Under the pieces are notes generated by a model, which saw only the letters and a program-made list of their open reading frames with translations, was not told the DNA's origin and ran no database searches. A stretch of DNA of 20,000 nucleotides from Welwitschia mirabilis (Eukaryota), in NCBI GenBank assembly GCA_051453625.1, contig JBOZIK010000001.1, positions 19,239,404-19,259,403 of the forward strand, given 5' to 3'. The stretch's first letter is position 1. Every line of letters starts with the position of its first letter. This document shows positions 19,570 to 20,000 of this stretch, one piece after another. A program made the translations under genes and the position numbers.

Positions 19570-20000
19570 TGTTGCGGTGTTTACTTGCGCAAGTTTTTAC
19601 ATTCAAAGAGATCCTATCATTTATAAACAAAATAGGTATCTTACACAATACATCACACTAATATAGTGGGAGCAGACTCGAAATATTGTATCTTGTTGAA
19701 GTCTATGAGTATAAGACTTAGATTACTTTGTAAATAAAACTAAGAACCAAAAATAGATAATATTGCAAGAAATAAAAGTATAATGCAAAATGTAATATGC
19801 AATCTAAACTAACATGCAATGCAAAAAAACCCTAACTCTACTTACTTTCAGCCTTAACAAAGTCTGCCCTTAATGATCTATGTCACCTAAGAAATTGTCA
19901 CCAGATCAAGGAAAATCATAAACCATAAGGGTAATCAGAAAACCTAAGATGCAAACATGAAAAGAAAACTAAGTTTTATATTAAAAGAGTAACAACATCT
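19570..20000. mobile_element. Possible end of a third, nested LTR (truncated by the window)
   Basis: Starts TGTTGCGGTG, with GCGCAAGT and ATATAGTGGGAG...CGAAATATTGTATC motifs like those seen at Athila-type LTR ends. It is not similar to 16411-onward and has no adjacent PBS. Confidence 0.35.

Noticed and set aside
19570-20000. As the 5' LTR partner of 16411-17820
   Set aside because: No alignable similarity to the start of 16411 and no PBS beside it.

Overview
This is AT-rich, CpG-depleted plant nuclear DNA made of nested, decayed Ty3/Gypsy LTR retrotransposons; I found no intact host gene. A full-length Athila-lineage element lies on the minus strand at 146-14212. It has ~950-bp LTRs (146-1095, 13254-14212), a 5-bp TSD (GCTTC/GCTCC), a tRNA-Asn-type PBS, a PPT and a pseudogenised gag-PR-RT-RH-INT. 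Its ~7 kb between integrase and 3' LTR is unusual. It holds a possible ~190-codon extension after integrase, an antisense ORF (6468-7138, +) with its own TATA and poly(A) signals, an array of ~45-bp repeats, and a divergently oriented, very long env-like ORF. The element inserted into one copy of a ~1.8-kb tandem duplication; the other copy (15867-16408) preserves the empty site. That duplicated unit encodes a decayed protein that, by manual translation, appears homologous to the element's own antisense ORF (shared ID-x(0,1)-VL-x2-LD and [FY]G-x3-H-x-LVN-x-YL-x2-R-x3-L-x3-L motifs). The second copy is cut by the 3' LTR of another Athila-like element (16411-17820), and a possible third LTR starts at ~19570. 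All translations and alignments were done by eye; no database searches were run.
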